A DNA stretch of 64,000 nt from Microbotryum violaceum (Eukaryota), in contig CDLV01000006.1 of NCBI GenBank assembly GCA_001244265.2, forward strand, positions 1,426,001-1,490,000, read 5' to 3'. Below, in pieces: positions 56,808 to 64,000 of the stretch. Positions within the stretch are counted from its first letter, which is position 1. Each line of letters opens with the position of its first letter. The translations under genes and the position numbers were made by a program. The notes beneath the pieces are model-generated. The model saw nothing but the letters and a program-made list of their open reading frames with translations, was not told the origin of the DNA and searched no databases.

Positions 56808-59410
56808 ATGACTGGCGTAACCAAGACCCCCAAGGCTTCCACCACGAAGAAGTCGTCGACCCCGACCGCTGCTGCGGCCACGGCTCCCAAAGCCGCCGCC
56901 GTCGCGAAGCCTTTGGCCGCCAAGAAGCCTACCAAGCCCGCCGGTCCTTCTTACGAGGAAATGATCACTGTCAGTACCTCTTGCTGCACCATACGTCAAT
57001 ATTACTATCGAGTCGCAAGACGTGCTGTAGAACGCGTGTATCGGCGCTGATTCGAACTCGCGCGTCATCCCCACCGACCTCGGGTCTCGTCCGGTGTTGC
57101 CAACCCCGACCGCTGTCGTCGCTCCCTCGTCCGCGCTCTCTCCGAACAGGCCGCTATCAAGGCCGAAGGCGATGCTCGCAGCGGTGCCTCGAGGCCCGTG
57201 ATCAAGAAGTGAGTCAAGCAGTCTTCGCTATCGTATGTGTTGTCAAGTGATGCACGTGTTGTTGTGCCTTGAGACGGCGATTCACCCGAGACGTCTGAGC
57301 CCATTCTTGGCCGCGCGCGCGTGCGCGCCTCGAATGTAAACAACGGGGCTCGCCCTCGTGATCTTGACGGTCGATCTATGCGTGTGCTACCGACCGCCAC
57401 ACCCTGTGTATCGAGCTGTGCGATCACGATTCGACACTTGTTTATCATACTTGAGATGTCTTGTTCTGACCATGCCCTGCCTTCTTTCCCTGTACCGCTT
57501 CGCTCTCTTCGTCGCGTGATTGCCCACCTCGCTCAACTCGTCGCCCCTCGTTCCCCTTCCCTATTCCATCGTCACCTCGATCGCGTGCCCTCGTGCTCGT
57601 TTCATTGCATCGGCTATAATCCCGCCATGATTTCAACCTCATTCGCGTGAATTGTATTTTTCATTACGATACGAATCAACCTCGCCGCCTCAAAAGGTAC
57701 TTGCTCGCGACCTACAAAATGGCGGATGGCGCCGGCTTCGATTCCAAGATTGCCGCCGCGGTTCGTCGAGGTGCCGACAAGGGAACTTTCGACCTCCCCA
57801 AGGGCATTGGTGGGAAGATCAAGATTGGCAAGCCCTCCAAGGAGGTGAGTTCTCGGCAAGAATACAATACTGTTCCGAAAGCGAAACATGTTGCAACACA
57901 CCTTGCAGCACATTTGCACCCTCCGCCGCCTGGAGCGCGCGTGCAACCGACTCGAGCTCAGGAGCTGATCCGGCTTCTTCTCCGTCTCTTCTACCCTTTC
58001 TATCGTCCTTGATCCACACGTTCCCCCGGCTTGCGCCGTGACGTGGTTGACTACAGAACGTCCCCGCCAAGAAGCCCAAGAAGGCCGCTGGTGACAAAAA
58101 GGTGCGTCGCTCATCTTGCCCACGCTGCCGCCGCGCTCCTTGAGCGACCCTCACCTCGAGTTCGAGCTGACCTTGCTCGCGTTCCGCGCCGTTTCACTTG
58201 ATCACACAGGTGCTTACAACGCCTCCGACTCTTGTTTGACCATTTAAATGGCCATCTTACTAATATAATGCCAATACATTGCAGCCTGTCGCTAAGAAGA
58301 CCGCTGCCAAGAAGGTAAGCTCGTGCTTGTGCTCGAGTCGATGTGCTTCTCTGACTACCCTCACGCGGAGGCTTACTGGACTTGTCTTTATTCCTGTTCC
58401 AGCCCGCTGCCAAGGCTACTGCTACGAAGAAGGTACATTCTAACCTATTTCGCCGCCGTGTGGAGGAAATCCGTCGAGCCGATCTGGAGCTAACCGTTCC
58501 GATCCATCGCCCGTCCTCCTTCCCCTCGCTCTTGCCGCACTCGGTTCATGTGTACCACAGCACGCCGGCGAGAAGAAGCCTTCCGCCAAGGTCAGTTGGT
58601 TGACTTGTTCCATCACACCACGTTTTCGATTACGTTGCTCATACAAACGCTTTAAACGCCATCCCTCCCACTGTCAGGTTGCCGCTGCCAAAAAGCCTAC
58701 AACCGTCGCGAAGAAGGTTCCCGCTGCCAAGAAGGCTGCCGCTGAGAAGAAGCCTGCCGCTGCGAAGGTAAGTCGAGCAGATCAGGTCGAGATGATGTCC
58801 AGTGGTACCGGTGCTGATCACTCAAATGCGCTCCGTCGGAACGCGAACAGGCCGCCGGCGCGAAAAAGGTGCGCGCCTGACACCCTAGCCCCTGTCTTTC
58901 GACCCCTGCGCGAGCCGCTGACCCTGGCCGTGCCTTCCCTCAGACCCCCGCTGCCAAGAAGCCGGCTGCAGAGAAGAAACCCGCTGGTGAGAAGAAGCCT
59001 GCTGCCACCAAGAAGGTACGTCAATCACTTTGATATGTTACTGTCATTGTTGAACTGCTGTCGCTGACATAGCTGGATGCGCTCAGGCCCCCGCTGCCAA
59101 GAAGGTCGACGCGACGAAGAAGGTTGCCGGCGAGAAGAAGCCCGCCGCTAAGAAGACGGTCGCTGCGAAGTCGGTCGGTAAGTGAAAGAGTGATGCCATA
59201 ATGTCACCTGTTACACCTTTCGGGACATCGGACTGACGTATGATCTTCGTTGTTTGGGCTCCTTTCCAGCTAAGAAGGCTGCACCCGCCAAGGTATGCCG
59301 CTCGCTCTATTGGACTGTGTCATTCTGTCCTATGTGCTGACGCCTTCGTTGTGTCTTTCTACTAAATCCAGGCAAAGGCCGCGACCAAGCCGAAAGCTGC
59401 CAAGAAGTAA
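56808..59410 (+). CDS. Linker histone H1, 13 exons, about 278 aa
   Basis: PSYEEMITAAI...RSGASRPVIKKYL..Y...AVRRG..KG.F..PKG..GKIK globular domain, followed by a K/A/P-rich tail in many short exons. Confidence 0.92.
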
Positions 59411-60045
59411 ACGCGCTCGTCGTCTATCGTGATCGTCTCGAATCTCGACTGCGTCGTTCCATGTCCTTCTCGTTCCCCTCGGGCTCGGCTCTCCTTTCGG
59501 TTTCCTCTCCAAACTTGTTGTTCTACTCGTATCCCCATGGAATTGTGGTTTCTTGCGGATAAAGGTGGTGGTGGTGTCGGTGGCGCTGGTGGCATTTTGT
59601 GTTTTCCTTTCTCCCCCCTTTTTCCTGGCCCACTTCTTCTCCAATTGTGTTTTCAAACTTCGAACTTCGAATCTATATTCCCCTCTGGGTCCCCAAACAA
59701 GCACTGCTCGCTTAGCCTCTTGTTTCCGCTTGTTTGGTCTTGCCCCACTGCTGGTTTGCTCCTCACCTTGTCATTCCCACCACCGCTCGCCTCTTGAATC
59801 TGTTATTCGACGCTCGGACCTAGATTTCCTGTCTGCAAAGAGGTCTGCGGTTCTTCCCATACGGTCTATTAACATGTCATTTTCAAAGGGCTGTACGTGC
59901 TGCTGTTTGAAAAGCTCGGCGTCTTGATTCGCTTCTCTCTTTTCGCTCTTGCTTGCGTTATGCCTGCTTCGCCTAAAGTAAGGAAAAGAGAAGATGCCTC
60001 GACAAATGCCGACATTGCAAAAGAGCGCGCCCACTCTCTGCTCTT

Positions 60046-61194
60046 CTAAAAACTGCCTCCTATGACTCTTGTTGATGTCGTCGACTCTGGTGACATGGTA
60101 GTACTCGATCCCATCGTCATCCCCGGCGGATGCATGACCCTCTTCTCCCACCCCGAAATTGACTTTGGGATCGCGCCTATACGACTAAATGAGAGTCTCT
60201 CGGATTAGGTCCCCATCACGCGGAACGCTTTCGTGATAGTAGAATGAATCTGCCTCTCACCTTGGTGGCCAAAGGATCGCCTCGATCCGACTATCCAACA
60301 AACCCAACGGTATCGGACCATAGGTGTTTGAATCTTTCGAATGGTTCTTCTCGTCACCTTCGACCCAGCAATGGCCCGCGGGGATACGGACCGTTCTTTC
60401 GGGGTAAGGTGGGAGGGTCCGTACGAGGGATCCGGGTAGGCCTACGAGGCGTTTGATGAGGAGCTGGGAGGGGTTCGTTGGGGATCTAAGGTAGCGAGCG
60501 AGGATGGGTGGTGAGCGAGGTGGGTTTTTTTTTTTTTTTTTCTGGGGGAAGGATTTGTGGAATGCCTAGATCGGGATACACGAGAGCATTCGTACCTTAG
60601 GGCAACGACATCTCCAATTTGATAACCCGCTTTAGGATCGGTGCGTGTTGCACCTTGGGTCAGTTCCAGATTCTTGTAGCGATTCAGCAGGACGATGTCC
60701 TGGCGCAGTTTGGAGGAGTCCGGGTTCAGGGTCGGCTGAAGGGGTGCGGTGGGGGAAATCGGAGCGGGAGGTTAGTTCGATGTGGGGACGGCGAGGATGA
60801 CAGCCTACAGCTATGATTTGGTTGTCTTGCTGATGGGAATCGAAGTGCTTACCTGCATTGATCTGAGGTGACGAGTCGGGCGATCCGAGGGAGCGGGTGG
60901 GGCGCCGATCACGAGAGCCAGGCGCGAGGATGAGCAGTCGCAACTCGTCAGCGAGCGCTTGAACGAGCCGATCATGAGAAAGCGAACCTACCTCCCCGAG
61001 ACTGCCGCAAACGAAACGACGTGGTGGTCGACGAAGAAGATGACGGGCAGCCATGCGAGAGCGTTCAACCACGGGCGAGCGTGAGATCGTAATCGAGCAC
61101 GAGGACCCCCCGAAGACGAGGACGAGCCTGTAGGATTCGGATTCGGGTGCGAGTTGGGTCTCGGTGTCGGCCGAGCTCTTGAGGCGGAAGCCAT
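60046..61194 (-). CDS. IMP2: Mitochondrial inner membrane peptidase subunit 2 (S26)
   Basis: VSGRSMQPTLNPD..D.VLL, GDVV.LRSP.NP...IKRLVGLPG, IPAGHCWVEGD...S.DSNTYGPIPLGL, WPPSRIG. Confidence 0.92.
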
Positions 61195-61448
61195 GGTCGG
61201 GAGTGGTGTTTGGTCCCGGAGAAAGGAGTAAGCGAGGGAGCTGTCGGCGAAAGGAACTTGAATAAAGGGGATCAAAAAGCTCCCCGTCGGCGCGCGTCTG
61301 CGATTCGCGAGGTTGGTGCGGCTCTCGCATCGTCCAGTTTTGTGCGCACCCTCCCTCGATTATGGCAGGCGAGTTTACGAGGATGGAGATCGCGTGGCTC
61401 TGGACGCTGACCGCCCCTGGCTGGCTGCCTGTGTGTGCAGACACGAAA

Positions 61449-62609
<1,161 letters not shown>

Positions 62610-62686
62610 TGATTAAACACCAAGAGCCACTCCCTATACTATACAGACTAGACATGTCCTCCTGCAGTCGGTAAAAACGCGGTCGT

Positions 62687-63646
62687 CTATAATTTGGCTT
62701 TCGACCCCTGTGCGGCAGCGATCGTCTGTGCCGCGTCGCTGATCTCTCGTTCTATCAAGGGGTAGAGACCGTTCGGAAGTTCGGCACCTTTGTGGTTGTC
62801 ATAATCAAATCCGACCATGATCGCTTCGCCCGAACAGACTCTCGCTCGTTGACTGCAGAGAAAGAAAAGAAAACGCCGAGAGGTTGCGATCAGAACCCAA
62901 GCCAAACGGTAACGAGGCTTCTGCAGCGCGCTCGAACTCAACTCGAACGAAACGATCACACTCGTCAACACGAATTTCTTCTTGGCGACTTGGGTCGCCC
63001 GGTGAGCGATGAGCAAGTGATCGGGGGCGTAGACGGGTCGTTCGAAGCGGTTCATCACTTGGCCGACGACGAGGCCGCGGCCTTGCGCACCCTGGTTGAT
63101 GGCTTTAGCTGTGGGCGCATCGAGTTTACGTGTGATACTGCGGACGTAGGCGCCGCGACCTGTTGGGAGTGAAGGAGAGTGGGGCTCGGATTAGCGGAGG
63201 AAAAGGTAACACAACACGAGAAGACGGTCAAAAGCAAAGATTTTGCTCTTGAACCTTGCGAGCAGTCAAGCACTGACCGGCTTCGAGATATTTGTAGTAC
63301 ATGGCATTGTTGAGATGAACGTTCGGATCCTGATCACCCCATTGTACGGTCACTTCGATGAAAGTCTCCTATTCCGGTTCCACGAACGAGAGTACTCCCC
63401 CACGTCAGTTCGTTACCCACACGCGATCTAGAAATTCGGCTGGTCCCGAGCGCAGCGCGGCACTGCTGTCGACGCGTTCATATTGGCATTCGGGAGAACG
63501 ACGGTCCCAGCCTGCCTCACTGCACGTCAAGCGTTAAAGTAGCGTACCTCTTTGAAGCCAAGTTGTGTCGCGATCTCAGTCGCGGCTTTTCGATCGGCAT
63601 GGTATTTTTCCGGGTAGACGACTCCGTAGGGGACGATGGCGGTCAT
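62687..63646 (-). CDS. HotDog-fold acyl-CoA thioesterase-like protein
   Basis: VQWGDQDPNVHLNNAMYYKYLEAGR, RFERPVYAPD.LLI.HR, GEAIMV.FDY; start inferred. Confidence 0.8.
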
Positions 63647-64000
63647 GTTGAGCTGTGGGAAACTTGTGCGAAGATGGAGGACGAAGCCGAATCTGGGCAC
63701 CGGCTCGACGGATTGCCGGGCTGCTCGTTGCCGATCGGGGCTGCTGAAAAAGTTGTGGGAGCGGTTGCATGTACGACTTTACTCGCGTGCTCAAATTAGG
63801 ACCGATAAAAAAGAGGTCAAAAAGTGGGACAGATCAAGGGTCATCTTATCCTGCGTGAGGAGGCGATGTCAGTCTCTAAAGTCCGTCGACTCGGTGTGAG
63901 CACGCGTACGGACCTCGACCCTTGTCGACGAAGGGCGGCATAGAAATCCCACGTCACGGAGGCGGAGCACATGTGAGACTAGGAGTATTCAGGTTACAAA

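Noticed and set aside
60375-60390. Apparent frameshift in IMP2
   Set aside because: Careful reading gives CGT ATC CCC GCG GGC CAT (RIPAGH), which is in frame.

Overview
Eukaryotic, intron-rich, gene-dense fungal DNA. The short GT(R)NGT...CTRAC...YAG introns and the gene content point to a basidiomycete; Pucciniomycotina/Microbotryum-like is an inference. About 23 spliced genes are present: HSL-type esterase, penta-EF-hand PEF1, DCR2-type phosphoesterase, LRR protein, GT90, RPS7, DH-BAR-SH3 RhoGEF, ketopantoate reductase, NDUFA5, NGL/CCR4-type nuclease, TMA16, BUD6, FAU1, zf-PARP protein, PPPDE/DeSI peptidase, SAM methyltransferase, LOG, PAP1, histone H1, IMP2, RBX1, a thioesterase and a hypothetical membrane protein. 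The accessory region at 40.9-52.0 kb holds a MULE derivative and an 8.2-kb CACTA/EnSpm-type element (CCCTA...TAGGG) inserted between the divergent LOG and PAP1 genes. The CACTA transposase is split by a ~0.9-kb noncoding insert carrying a tRNA-like Pol III cassette with formal anticodon UUA. That insert is itself split by a 5'-truncated L1/Tx1-like LINE. A TTAA-flanked MITE and a fold-back hairpin are also nested in the CACTA element. Other oddities are a methyltransferase ORF with two in-frame TGA codons and a histone H1 tail built from symmetric phase-0 mini-exons. Gene boundaries were read by hand from splice signals and are approximate; family calls come from motif recognition, not database searches.
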